Below, piece by piece: positions 21,345 through 30,793 of a stretch of 32,000 nt of DNA. The notes under the pieces were generated by a model. The model was not told the DNA's origin. It made no database searches and saw nothing but the letters and a program-made list of their open reading frames with translations. The position numbers and the translations under genes were made by a program. Each line of letters opens with the position of its first letter. Within the stretch, counting starts at the first letter, position 1. The stretch comes from Nitrosarchaeum sp. GTDB taxonomy: Archaea; Thermoproteota; Nitrososphaeria; Nitrososphaerales; Nitrosopumilaceae. The stretch covers positions 90,574 to 122,573 of the forward strand of contig JAHFUM010000001.1 in assembly GCA_023265135.1 (NCBI GenBank), written 5' to 3'.

Positions 21345-22583
21345 TTGCCGAAAATAACCTCCATTGAAGGACGTATTATTTACAATAGCAGAGGAAGTAA
21401 AACTATAGAAGTAGATATTGTATCAGAAAATAAATTTCTAGGAAGAGTTTGCGCACCATCTGGAGCTAGTGTTGGAAAATATGAAGCGGTTAGTTTCCCA
21501 AATGAAAAACCAGAAGAGAGTTTAAGAATATTAAATGAAAATTCACAAAAATTTATTGGAATAGAATCATCAGATCTTAAAACAGTGCATGAGACGTTAA
21601 GGAGTATTGATCAATCCTCTAATTATTCAAAGATCGGTGGATCACTAGCATTTGCAGTGACTATTGCATCAATGGAATCTGCTTCAAAATCATTAGACAT
21701 GCCATTATTTCAAATATTATCAGCTGAATCGTCTTTCAGATTTCCATTTCCATTAGGAAACATTTTGGGTGGTGGAGCACATGCAGGACCAGGAACACCA
21801 GACATTCAAGAAATTTTGATTTGTGCCATAGGAGCAAAAACGATCAGAGATGCCATTGAAACGAATTTATTAATACATAAAGAATTACGTCGTGTTTTAG
21901 AAAAAGAAGATCCCAATTTCACCAATGGTAGAGGAGATGAAGGAGGATGGGCACCAAAATTAAAAAATGAGAAGGCTTTAGAACTTTCAGTCAAAGCTTG
22001 TGAGAATTTAGGATTTACGTTGGGAAAAGAAGTAGCATTAGGAGTTGACTTTGCATCATCAACTCAATGGAATGAAGAAAAACAAAAGTATGTTTACGAA
22101 AGAGATGGATTTGTCAATTCATCAGAACAACAAATTGAATTTGCTGCAAATATCATTAAAAAATACAAATTAATCTATGCTGAAGATGCTGTTCATGAAG
22201 AAGCTTTTGAGGATATGGCAGAATTAACTGCTAAATTTCCAGACACATTAGTTACAGGAGACGATCTAACTGTTACCAATAAGAACATCCTAGTCAAAGC
22301 AATTAATTTAAAATCATGTAATGCTGCAATTCTTAAAGTTAATCAGGCAGGTAGCCTTTATGATGCCTTTGAATTTGCCAAAGTAGCAAATCAAAACAAC
22401 ATAAAATTAATCACATCACATAGATCTGGAGAATCAACGGATTCACATATTTCTCACATAGGACTAGCAACAAAGTCAAAAATGCTCAAAGTTGGCATTG
22501 TCGGTGGAGAAAGAGTAGCAAAATTAAATGAGCTTATACGCTTATCAGAGCATGATTTAATACGCGGTATGGCAGAGATTTAA
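21345..22583 (+). CDS. eno: Enolase (phosphopyruvate hydratase)
   Basis: 412 aa, with a TTG start 1 nt after the rpoN stop. It has the motifs ILKVNQAGSL and SHRSGESTDSHISHIGLA, matching the enolase SHRSGETED region. Confidence 0.92.
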   Translation: MPKITSIEGRIIYNSRGSKTIEVDIVSENKFLGRVCAPSGASVGKYEAVSFPNEKPEESLRILNENSQKFIGIESSDLKTVHETLRSIDQSSNYSKIGGSLAFAVTIASMESASKSLDMPLFQILSAESSFRFPFPLGNILGGGAHAGPGTPDIQEILICAIGAKTIRDAIETNLLIHKELRRVLEKEDPNFTNGRGDEGGWAPKLKNEKALELSVKACENLGFTLGKEVALGVDFASSTQWNEEKQKYVYERDGFVNSSEQQIEFAANIIKKYKLIYAEDAVHEEAFEDMAELTAKFPDTLVTGDDLTVTNKNILVKAINLKSCNAAILKVNQAGSLYDAFEFAKVANQNNIKLITSHRSGESTDSHISHIGLATKSKMLKVGIVGGERVAKLNELIRLSEHDLIRGMAEI

Positions 22584-22590
22584 AATCGCT

Positions 22591-23214
22591 ATGAGTGAAC
22601 AAGCAGAATCCACAGATATTAAAAAGAAAATTCTATCGACAGGAATCAGGGTTGGAACACCTGTAAAAACAAAATTCATGACAGCGTTTATCACAAAAGC
22701 TAGTCCTGAAGGGCTATACATGTTAGATATCGATATAACTTTAGAAAAGATTAAAACTGCAGCTAAATTCATAAATCGCCTTGGGACAGATAAACTCATT
22801 GTATGTTCTGCTAGACAATATGCAAATACCCCAATTGAGAAATTTTGTGAAATGTTAGGCTCTAAAAAACTATTAGGTAGATTCATGCCAGGTACTCTTA
22901 CTAATCCATCATTACCATATTACATTGAACCAAAATTGGTTTTAATTTCTGATCCTCAAGTAGATGTACAAGCAATTACTGAAGCAACCAATGCAGGTAT
23001 TCCAGTAATTGGAATTTCAAATACAGACAACATTACATCGAAATTAGATGTAATTATTCCAGCAAACAATAGAGGAAGAAAAGCTCTTGCTACAGTTTAT
23101 TGGTTATTGGTTCGTCAGATTCTCATAGAAAGAGGAGAATTAAAAGAAGATGAATCGATGAAATACGAAATAGACGATTTTGAAACAAAGATAACGGAAG
23201 AGGAAATAGAGTAA
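22591..23214 (+). CDS. rps2: 30S ribosomal protein uS2
   Basis: 207 aa. The segments LLSTGIRVGTPVKTKFMTAFI and VLISDPQVDVQAITEATNAGIPVIGISNTDN are typical of archaeal S2. Confidence 0.92.
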   Translation: MSEQAESTDIKKKILSTGIRVGTPVKTKFMTAFITKASPEGLYMLDIDITLEKIKTAAKFINRLGTDKLIVCSARQYANTPIEKFCEMLGSKKLLGRFMPGTLTNPSLPYYIEPKLVLISDPQVDVQAITEATNAGIPVIGISNTDNITSKLDVIIPANNRGRKALATVYWLLVRQILIERGELKEDESMKYEIDDFETKITEEEIE

Positions 23215-24047
23215 TGCAAATTAGAACACCGGCTGTAGCCGGAATGTTCTATTCCGGTGAAAAAAAAGAATTAAAAAAATCAATTAAAGATTGTTTTTTA
23301 CATAAATTCGGCCCTGGTAAAATTCCACCGTCAGATATTAAAAAGAAAATTTTTGGAATTATTTGTCCACATGCAGGTTACATGTATTCAGGTCCCATTG
23401 CATGTCATTCATTTTATGAAATTTCTTCAAACTCACCAGAATTATTCATAATTGTAGGCCCTAACCATTGGGGAATAGGAAGCAGTGTAGCTACTATGAA
23501 AGACTGTAAATGGCAAACTCCTCTTGGAGAAGTTGAAGTTGATTCTGAAACTGCAGAAGAAATTTCAAAAATAGCAAATATTATTGAAATAGATAATTTT
23601 TCTCATTCAAGAGAACATAGTTTAGAAGTACAAATTCCAATATTGCAAGAGACGTATATAGATTTCAAAATAGTTCCCATTGCATTAATCAATCAAAGTA
23701 AAAAAGTTGCTCACCAAGTAGGTTTAGCAATGTCAAAAATTGCTAAAAATAAGAAAGTCATGATTATTGGTTCTTCAGATTTTACACATTACGAACAAAA
23801 TGAATTTGCTCATGAACAAGATACTGCGTTAATTGAGCCTATTTTAAAACTAGATGTTGATAGATTCTATGATGTTTTAGAAAAAAGAAATGTCAGTGCA
23901 TGTGGATATGGTGCTATTGCATCAACAATGATTGCATGTAAAGATCTTGGGGCAACGAAAGGGGAGTTGTTAAAATATGCTACAAGTGGAGACATTATGG
24001 GAGATAAGAGTTCTGTTGTCGGATATGGGTCGATTGTTTTCACTTGA
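23214..24047 (+). CDS. MEMO1-family protein (AmmeMemoRadiSam system protein B-like)
   Basis: 277 aa. It has RTPAVAGMFYSGEKKEL and ICPHAGYMYSGPIACHSF, the MEMO/UPF0103 hallmarks. Its start overlaps the rps2 stop (TAATG). Confidence 0.85.
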   Translation: MQIRTPAVAGMFYSGEKKELKKSIKDCFLHKFGPGKIPPSDIKKKIFGIICPHAGYMYSGPIACHSFYEISSNSPELFIIVGPNHWGIGSSVATMKDCKWQTPLGEVEVDSETAEEISKIANIIEIDNFSHSREHSLEVQIPILQETYIDFKIVPIALINQSKKVAHQVGLAMSKIAKNKKVMIIGSSDFTHYEQNEFAHEQDTALIEPILKLDVDRFYDVLEKRNVSACGYGAIASTMIACKDLGATKGELLKYATSGDIMGDKSSVVGYGSIVFT

Positions 24048-24991
24048 TATCTAAAGCGTCTGCTCCCGGAAAGACAATTCTTTTCGGAGAACATTTTGTT
24101 GTGTATGGAGTAAAAGCAATTCTATGTGCTATTAACAAGAGAGTTACAGTAACTGTTGAAAAGATTCCTCAAAACAAAATTTTGATTAAATCAAAGATCG
24201 GAGAATTAGATGTACCTCTAAAAAAACCAATTTCAGAGATTAGCTCCCCTCTAAAACCATTTTATTATCTTGCAAATAAAATGATTGAGAAGCATAATCA
24301 AAAAACAGGAATTAAGATTATTGTAGAATCAGAAATTCCATCAGGGGTTGGATTAGGATCATCATCTGCGTGTTGTGTTGCAGGAGCAGCCGCAATATCC
24401 AGATTATTTGAAGAAACCAGTAAAGAGCAAATTTTAGAATTAGCTATAGAAGCAGAAAGAACTATTTTTGAAAATACATCAGGAGCAGATTGTACTGTTT
24501 GTACATTTGGAGGATTGATGGAGTATGACAAAAAAAGAGGTTTTTTGCAAATTGAGTCAGATTCAAACTTTAATTTAGTAATTGCAAACTCTAACATCGA
24601 GCATTCAACAGATGTAATAGTGTCAAATGTTAGACAATTCAAAGAAAAAAACGAAGAAGAATTTTCGAATTTGTGTCAAAAAGAATTAGAATTGGTTAAA
24701 CGTGTTAGTATAATGTTGAAAAATAATGATTTAGGTGGATTGGGTAAATGTATGCACGACAATCAAGAATTTTTAGAAACTATAGGCATATCTAATGAGA
24801 AATTACGTGAAATGATAAAGATAACAGAAGACACATCATTTGGGGCAAAAATTACAGGTGCAGGTGGTGGGGGATGTATTATTGCTTTAACTGATGAGTC
24901 AAATTTAGAAAAAACAATCCTAAAACTAAGAGAGAGAAACTATGATTGCTTTTCTGTAAAAATTGATTTTAAGGGATTGGATACTTTTTAA
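24044..24991 (+). CDS. mvk: Mevalonate kinase
   Basis: 315 aa with a TTG start. It has the N-terminus SAPGKTILFGEHFVVYG, the GHMP kinase motif PSGVGLGSSSACCVAGA and a C-terminal KITGAGGGGCIIAL. Confidence 0.9.
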   Translation: MISKASAPGKTILFGEHFVVYGVKAILCAINKRVTVTVEKIPQNKILIKSKIGELDVPLKKPISEISSPLKPFYYLANKMIEKHNQKTGIKIIVESEIPSGVGLGSSSACCVAGAAAISRLFEETSKEQILELAIEAERTIFENTSGADCTVCTFGGLMEYDKKRGFLQIESDSNFNLVIANSNIEHSTDVIVSNVRQFKEKNEEEFSNLCQKELELVKRVSIMLKNNDLGGLGKCMHDNQEFLETIGISNEKLREMIKITEDTSFGAKITGAGGGGCIIALTDESNLEKTILKLRERNYDCFSVKIDFKGLDTF

Positions 24992-25014
24992 TGTACTAGA
25001 TATTTGGTGACAGC

Positions 25015-25767
25015 ATGATTATCATAAAATTGGGAGGCTCAATTATTACAGATAAAGAAAAACCACTTAGCCCTAGAAAAAAAGTTATTGAAAATATTGT
25101 TAAAAATTTAAAAAAAATCAATGAGCCAATGGTTGTTGTACATGGTGGTGGTTCTTATGGACATTATTGGTCTGTAAAATATGATATGCACACTAAACCA
25201 AAAAAATATGACATGCATGGAGTAGCAATTGTCAAAAATTCAATGATTGAACTTAACAAAATAATTTTAGATGTATTTACAAAAAATAAATTAAATCCAT
25301 ACTCTATTCCTCCAACTGATTTTATGTCAGGAAACAAACCAATTACCAAGAAAATAAAAGAAATTGAAAATATTGCAAAATCAGGGTTAATTCCAATTAC
25401 TTATGGAGATGCTCTTTGGTATGGAAACAAAAAAACATACATTTTATCAGGAGATAAAATAATGACATATTTATCTAAAATCCTAAAACCGAAATTGATA
25501 ATTTTTGCTTTAAATGAGGATGGAGTTTATTCAGATATGAAAACTAAAAAATTAATCTATGAGTTAAAAGGAGTAGATCCAAAAATTTCTGAAAACAAAA
25601 TGGATGTAACTGGAGGAATGACTAGAAAAATAGAAGAAGCAACAAACATTGCAAAGTTAGGCATGAATGTATTTTTTGTAAATGGTAACAAACCAGAAAG
25701 GATTGTGAAAGCGATTAAAAATAAGAAATATGAAGGAACATTGTTTAGAGGTAAAAGAAATGTCTGA
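25015..25767 (+). CDS. ipk: Isopentenyl phosphate kinase
   Basis: 250 aa from the amino-acid kinase fold. It has IIKLGGSIITDK and VVHGGGSYGH, as in archaeal IPK. A Shine-Dalgarno GGTGA lies 4 nt upstream of the start. Confidence 0.85.
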   Translation: MIIIKLGGSIITDKEKPLSPRKKVIENIVKNLKKINEPMVVVHGGGSYGHYWSVKYDMHTKPKKYDMHGVAIVKNSMIELNKIILDVFTKNKLNPYSIPPTDFMSGNKPITKKIKEIENIAKSGLIPITYGDALWYGNKKTYILSGDKIMTYLSKILKPKLIIFALNEDGVYSDMKTKKLIYELKGVDPKISENKMDVTGGMTRKIEEATNIAKLGMNVFFVNGNKPERIVKAIKNKKYEGTLFRGKRNV

Positions 25768-26401
25768 AGAATATGTAATTTTAGTTGATGAAAATGATAA
25801 TCCCATAGGTTCTGGGGAGAAAGTAAAATGTCATTTACCAAATGGAAAGCTTCACAGAGCATTTACAGCGTTATTATTTGATGATAATGGTAGGCTTGTC
25901 CTTACTAGAAGAGCTAAAGAGAAGATGTTATGGCCTGAAGACTGGGATGGAACAGTTGCTAGTCATCCAAGAGAAGGTGAAACGTACACATCATCAGCAG
26001 AGAGAAGAATGCCTGAAGAATTAGGAGTCTCATGTAAGATGGATTATTTGTTGAAATTTGAGTATCACGTACCATACAAAGACATAGGCTCTGAAAATGA
26101 GATTTGTGGAACTCTAATTGGGATTGTAGATAAATCCACTAAATTTAAAATTGTTGAAGATGAAATTGATCAAATCAAATGGGTTTCGGTAAATGAACTT
26201 CTTTCTGAAATTAAAAATAATCCAAAAATATATTGTCCATGGATGTTAATTGCATTGAAATTCCTAGACAAGTCAGAAAAAACGATGTTTGAAAAATATA
26301 AAAATATTTTATCCTTATGGATTAATCCAGAATTACAAAATGAATTGCAAAAAGCAATCAAAGTTCATCTTTCAGATGATAAGTGGAGATTAGTTAAATG
26401 A
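25760..26401 (+). CDS. idi: Type-1 (Nudix-type) isopentenyl-diphosphate delta-isomerase homologue, with Ala at the catalytic Cys position
   Basis: It aligns along its length with E. coli Idi as I recall that sequence. Matching segments are EYVILVDENDNPIG, LHRAFTALLF, LVLTRRAKEKMLWP, SHPREGET, AERRMPEELGV and SENEICG. I moved the start to the ATG at 25760 (MSEEYVIL). The track ORF begins 10 codons earlier, inside ipk. Confidence 0.8.
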   Translation: MSEEYVILVDENDNPIGSGEKVKCHLPNGKLHRAFTALLFDDNGRLVLTRRAKEKMLWPEDWDGTVASHPREGETYTSSAERRMPEELGVSCKMDYLLKFEYHVPYKDIGSENEICGTLIGIVDKSTKFKIVEDEIDQIKWVSVNELLSEIKNNPKIYCPWMLIALKFLDKSEKTMFEKYKNILSLWINPELQNELQKAIKVHLSDDKWRLVK

Positions 26402-27378
26402 AAAAAGAAAAAACAAATCAAAAAAATGCAAGAATTGTCAACAAATATCTAAATGCCAAACTAAAAGGAAATCCCAAAATGCTTTATGATGCAGCAGCTC
26501 ATCTAATTGTTCATGGTGGGAAAAGACTTAGACCACACATGGTGATTAAGAGTTGTCAGATTTTAGGTGGGACAATAACAATTGCAACACCAGCTGCTAG
26601 TGCAGTAGAAATGATTCATAACTTTACTTTGGTTCATGATGACATTATGGATAATGATGAAATGCGTCATGGTGTACCCACAGTTCATAAAAAATTTGGA
26701 ATGCCTATTGCAATACTAGCAGGTGACGTGTTATTTTCAAAGGCATATCAAATAATTTCAGATTCAAAATTATCTAAGGATGCAATAGTACAATTAGTTT
26801 CCAGATTAGCAAAAGCATGTGTAGATGTATGTGAAGGTCAATTATTAGATGTAAAAATGGCAGAAGAGAAAAGAATTCCTACACAAAAAGAGTACATTGC
26901 AATGATTGGAAAAAAAACTGCAGCGTTATTTGATGTATCATGTTCAATGGGTGCAATTTGTGCTACAAATAATCAAAAAGATATTTCAAATTTATCAAAT
27001 TTCGGAAGAAGTTTGGGAATTGCGTTTCAGATTACAGATGATCTTATTGGAGTTATGGGAGATCCAAAAATTACAAAAAAACCTGTCGGAAATGATCTAA
27101 GAGAGGGTAAGAAATCACTTCCAATTCTCATGGCAATAAAATCATCCAAGGGAAATAACAGAAAAGTGATCCTTAAAGCATTTGGAAATCCAAAAGCAAC
27201 TAAAAATGATCTAAAAAATGCAGTAGACGTCATTCGTTCACTTGGGATAGAAGAAGAAGTAAGAACGCAGGCTCTAAAATATGCGGAAATAGCAAAAAAA
27301 TCACTTTCTGAGTATTCAGGTTCTTCTAAAACAGAATTAATAGATCTTTTAGATTTCGTAGTAAGAAGGAGTCTATAA
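26398..27378 (+). CDS. idsA: Geranylgeranyl diphosphate synthase (short-chain trans-prenyltransferase)
   Basis: 326 aa. The first Asp-rich motif is LVHDDIMDNDEMRHG, with Phe five residues upstream (short-chain type). The second is QITDDLIGVMGD. It overlaps the idi stop by 4 nt. Confidence 0.88.
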   Translation: MKKEKTNQKNARIVNKYLNAKLKGNPKMLYDAAAHLIVHGGKRLRPHMVIKSCQILGGTITIATPAASAVEMIHNFTLVHDDIMDNDEMRHGVPTVHKKFGMPIAILAGDVLFSKAYQIISDSKLSKDAIVQLVSRLAKACVDVCEGQLLDVKMAEEKRIPTQKEYIAMIGKKTAALFDVSCSMGAICATNNQKDISNLSNFGRSLGIAFQITDDLIGVMGDPKITKKPVGNDLREGKKSLPILMAIKSSKGNNRKVILKAFGNPKATKNDLKNAVDVIRSLGIEEEVRTQALKYAEIAKKSLSEYSGSSKTELIDLLDFVVRRSL

Positions 27379-27379
27379 T

Positions 27380-29089
27380 TTGGATGAAGAGATCAGAAAA
27401 GAAATTAGAAAAATAGCACTACAAAATGCATTTGAACATGAGGGAAAAACTCAGGACAAAATTATATTAGCAAAAATTCTTGGAACAAAACAAGAATTAA
27501 GATCTAAGGTAAAAGAAATTGTTGGAGATATTGCAGAGATTGTTTCTAGAGTAAATCAGATTTCATTTGAAGAACAAAGAAAGGAAATAGAAGAAAACTT
27601 TCCAGAAATTTTAATTCCAAAAGAAAGAATCGAGGAAAAAGAAGGATTACCTCCATTAAAAGAAGCAGAACAAGGAAAAGTAATAACAAGATTTCCACCA
27701 GAACCTAATGGATATCCACATATTGGACATGCTAAAGCAGCAATCATTAATGCAGAATATGCAAAAATGTATGACGGTAAATTCATTTTGAGAATGGACG
27801 ATACAAATCCAGAAGCTGAAAGAATGGAATATCATGCTGCAATTAAAGTCGGTTTAGATTGGTTAGGAATCAAATTTGACATTATAAAAAATACTTCAGA
27901 CGATATGGAATTATTTTATAAAAAAGGAATAGAATTGATCAATTCAGGAAAAGCTTACATTTGTACTTGTAAGAGAGAAGACATAAGCAATAATAGAAAA
28001 GAACGAAAGGCATGCAAATGTAGTAGAGGAGATATTAAACAAAATATTCAAGGGTGGGGAAAAATGTTTGACAAATTTAAACCTGGAGATGCAATCGTAA
28101 GATTTCGAGGAGATATGAAAGCAGATAATGCGGTAATGCGAGATCCAGTATTATTTAGAATAATTGATGAAAAACACTATACATTGGGAAACAAATATCG
28201 AGTTTGGCCAAGTTACGATTTTGCCGTGGCAATTGAAGATAGTAATGATGGAGTAACTCATGCTTTTCGTTCAAAGGAGTTTGAATTAAGAAAAGAGCTA
28301 ATTGATGCAATTTTAGATGGGCTTAATATGAGAAAACCATATCAGGATTTCTTTTCTAGGCTCGAATTCAAGGGAATGCCCATTTCTAAAAGAATCCTCA
28401 AACCATTGATAGAAGATGGAAAGGTATCATGGTATGATGATCCAAGATTGCCAACGTTAGAAGCACTTAGAAGAAGAGGGATTAAGCCAGAAGCAATAAA
28501 AAAATTTATTTTGTCTTTAGGATTGACTAAAGCAAATACTTTAGCGCCATTTGATGCACTTGAATCATTTAATAGAAAATTTGTTGATGCAGATAGTATT
28601 AGATTATTTATGGTTAAAAAACCAAAAAAACTCACAATTAAAAAATTACCTTTTTCATTTGTAGAAATTTCAAATCATCCAGTAAGAGATATGGGTAAAA
28701 GAAAAATTGAATTAGATGAAAATATCTATATTTCAGGAGAAGATGCAGAAAACATCAAAGAAGGCAGTCAGATCAGACTTTTAGGATTGGGCAATGTCAT
28801 AATATTAAAAATCAATGAGGAATTAGAAGGTGAGTTCATAGAAGATGGGAATATTACAGACGTACAAAAAATCCAATGGGTTACACAAAAAAATGCCCAT
28901 ATAATCAAGATTCTCATTCCAAAACAATTGTTTATTGATGACGAATTTAATGAAAATAGTTTAGAAGAATTAGAGGCATATGTAGAACCACACTACTTAC
29001 AATTAAAAGATGGTGAGGAAATTCAATTTGTTAGATTTGGATATTGCAGAAAAGATTCACAGAATCAAGCAATCTTTACACACAAGTGA
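27380..29089 (+). CDS. gltX: Glutamate--tRNA ligase (archaeal type)
   Basis: 569 aa with a TTG start. It has the HIGH motif PNGYPHIGHAKAA and the KMSKS-like motif GMPISKR. It also carries an ICTCKRE...ACKCSRGD (CxC-x14-CxC) putative zinc knuckle. Confidence 0.92.
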   Translation: MDEEIRKEIRKIALQNAFEHEGKTQDKIILAKILGTKQELRSKVKEIVGDIAEIVSRVNQISFEEQRKEIEENFPEILIPKERIEEKEGLPPLKEAEQGKVITRFPPEPNGYPHIGHAKAAIINAEYAKMYDGKFILRMDDTNPEAERMEYHAAIKVGLDWLGIKFDIIKNTSDDMELFYKKGIELINSGKAYICTCKREDISNNRKERKACKCSRGDIKQNIQGWGKMFDKFKPGDAIVRFRGDMKADNAVMRDPVLFRIIDEKHYTLGNKYRVWPSYDFAVAIEDSNDGVTHAFRSKEFELRKELIDAILDGLNMRKPYQDFFSRLEFKGMPISKRILKPLIEDGKVSWYDDPRLPTLEALRRRGIKPEAIKKFILSLGLTKANTLAPFDALESFNRKFVDADSIRLFMVKKPKKLTIKKLPFSFVEISNHPVRDMGKRKIELDENIYISGEDAENIKEGSQIRLLGLGNVIILKINEELEGEFIEDGNITDVQKIQWVTQKNAHIIKILIPKQLFIDDEFNENSLEELEAYVEPHYLQLKDGEEIQFVRFGYCRKDSQNQAIFTHK

Positions 29090-29099
29090 GTGAAAAATT

Positions 29100-29969
29100 A
29101 TGAAGATAGCACGCCTATTACATGAAAATAGTGAAACATATGGTTTTGTAAAAGGAGATAAAGTTTCGACTAAAGATGAGATTACTTATCAAACAGGAGT
29201 TCCAATTCCACAAAGCATCAAAGATTTTCTTTTTGATGGGTGGTATGATGAAATTAAAGATAGGTTAGATACTTTACCATATGAAGAAAATATTTCAAAA
29301 TTTAAATTATTAAGTCCAATTCCAAATCCGAATAAGATCATTTGTTTGGTTTTTAATTATATTGATCATGCTAAAGAGCAAAATCTGTTGCCACCAGAAG
29401 AACCAGCCATAGTTCTAAAGCCTAGAACAGCACTAAATGGTACAGATTCAGACATAATTTGTCCCGATTTTGTAACTCAGTTAGATTATGAGGTAGAATT
29501 AGCCTTGATAATAGGTAAAAATTGCAAAAACATCAACGAAGATGAAGCAAAAGAAGCAATATTTGGGTACATGATTCTAAATGATGTTTCAGCAAGAGAC
29601 ATCCAATTCAAAGATAAACAATTCACTAGAGGAAAAAGTTTTGATACATTTGCACCATCTGGACCATGGATAACAACATCAGATGAAATTAAAGACCCAC
29701 AAAATTTGAAACTTACAACTAAAATTAATGGGGAGGTACGACAAAATTCATCTACGAATAACATGTTCATAAAAATACCAGAAATAGTATCTAAATTAAG
29801 CAAAGTGATGACTCTTGAAAAAGGAGACATTATTTCAACTGGAACTCCTGCGGGAGTCATATTAAATAAACCAAATGCAGTGTTTCTGAAAAACGGTGAT
29901 AAAATAGAAATGGAGATTGAAAAATTAGGAATTTTAAAAAATACAATTAGATTTGTAAGTGAAAATTAG
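29100..29969 (+). CDS. Fumarylacetoacetate hydrolase (FAH) family protein
   Basis: 289 aa. The segments DYEVELALIIGK, MILNDVSARDIQ, RGKSFDTFAPSGPW and GDIISTGTPAGV are typical FAH-fold motifs. Confidence 0.85.
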   Translation: MKIARLLHENSETYGFVKGDKVSTKDEITYQTGVPIPQSIKDFLFDGWYDEIKDRLDTLPYEENISKFKLLSPIPNPNKIICLVFNYIDHAKEQNLLPPEEPAIVLKPRTALNGTDSDIICPDFVTQLDYEVELALIIGKNCKNINEDEAKEAIFGYMILNDVSARDIQFKDKQFTRGKSFDTFAPSGPWITTSDEIKDPQNLKLTTKINGEVRQNSSTNNMFIKIPEIVSKLSKVMTLEKGDIISTGTPAGVILNKPNAVFLKNGDKIEMEIEKLGILKNTIRFVSEN

Positions 29970-30754
29970 TACAGAAATTTTTTCATTAGGTTAAATGTGA
30001 TTTTATGTTCTAGAGTGTTTAACAAAGGTAATTTTTCTTTAGTCAAGATTTGTATTTTTTGATAATTTTTTTCTGCTCCATAGTTTTGTATGTGTGAAAG
30101 AACATCCAATGTATTATCTTGAGAACCTGAAAATAAAGTTACAATCAAGGTTTTATCAAAATGTTCAGAATCAGTTAGAATGGCAATTGAAACATCACCA
30201 GATGTATCAGAAAAAATTATTTTGTTTTGTTTGGATAGAGAAACCAAAGTTTCTTCATCTAGAACTAACCATCTCCAAGATTTTACATAGTGATGAATTT
30301 TTACATTATTTATGGCATTAAAAAACTGGATTTTATGATTATTGTTAACCTTAGGTAAAAGGGAATAAAAATTCCAAGTTTGAAATATCTGATAATTGAG
30401 ACATTTTGCCATTAAAAAAGATGGTGAATTTTCGGTATCGATCAACATAAATGAAAATGGTATTTGTTTTTCTTTAGCAAGTAATTCTATATGCTTAACT
30501 AGTTTTGATGCCAAACCTCGTCTATGAAAATTTGGGTTGATTCTGATTCCTTCAATCCATACTTGATTTTTAGAGAAAAATGCATGGCACATACCAACAG
30601 GAGATTGTTTTTCAATAAGGAGTAAATTGCCTTCAGATAGCCAATATTCCCAAACATCTTGAATATAATCACCCCATGAAAAAGTATCTTTACAAAAATT
30701 TAATATAAAAAACTTATCCGAATTGATTGCATCCCTAATTTTTATTGCTTCCAT
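29966..30754 (-). CDS. GNAT-family N-acetyltransferase with a C-terminal extension of unknown function
   Basis: 262 aa. The acetyl-CoA binding motif is IRINPNFHRRGLASKLVKHIE (R-x-x-G-x-A). It is convergent with the FAH gene and overlaps it by 4 nt. Confidence 0.7.
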   Translation of the reverse strand: MEAIKIRDAINSDKFFILNFCKDTFSWGDYIQDVWEYWLSEGNLLLIEKQSPVGMCHAFFSKNQVWIEGIRINPNFHRRGLASKLVKHIELLAKEKQIPFSFMLIDTENSPSFLMAKCLNYQIFQTWNFYSLLPKVNNNHKIQFFNAINNVKIHHYVKSWRWLVLDEETLVSLSKQNKIIFSDTSGDVSIAILTDSEHFDKTLIVTLFSGSQDNTLDVLSHIQNYGAEKNYQKIQILTKEKLPLLNTLEHKITFNLMKKFLY

Positions 30755-30793
30755 ATACGAAAAAATATTAAGAATGATAGACTAAAAACCATA

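Noticed and set aside
25730-25759. Ten extra N-terminal codons on idi, and likewise 13 extra codons on nnrE at 20261-20299.
   Set aside because: The idi extension lies inside the ipk coding region, and the family N-terminus begins at MSEEYVIL. The nnrE extension is a hydrophobic TTG-initiated stretch running into the divergent promoter, and the YjeF-N family start matches MEISVEQM.
22557-29860. Antisense ORFs of 61-124 aa within rps2, MEMO, mvk, ipk, idi, GGPPS, gltX and the FAH gene, for example 22557-22886, 24298-24642 and 29486-29860.
   Set aside because: Each is fully contained in a strongly supported plus-strand gene of the superoperon. None has a recognisable motif, and none has a promoter-like element at a sensible distance.
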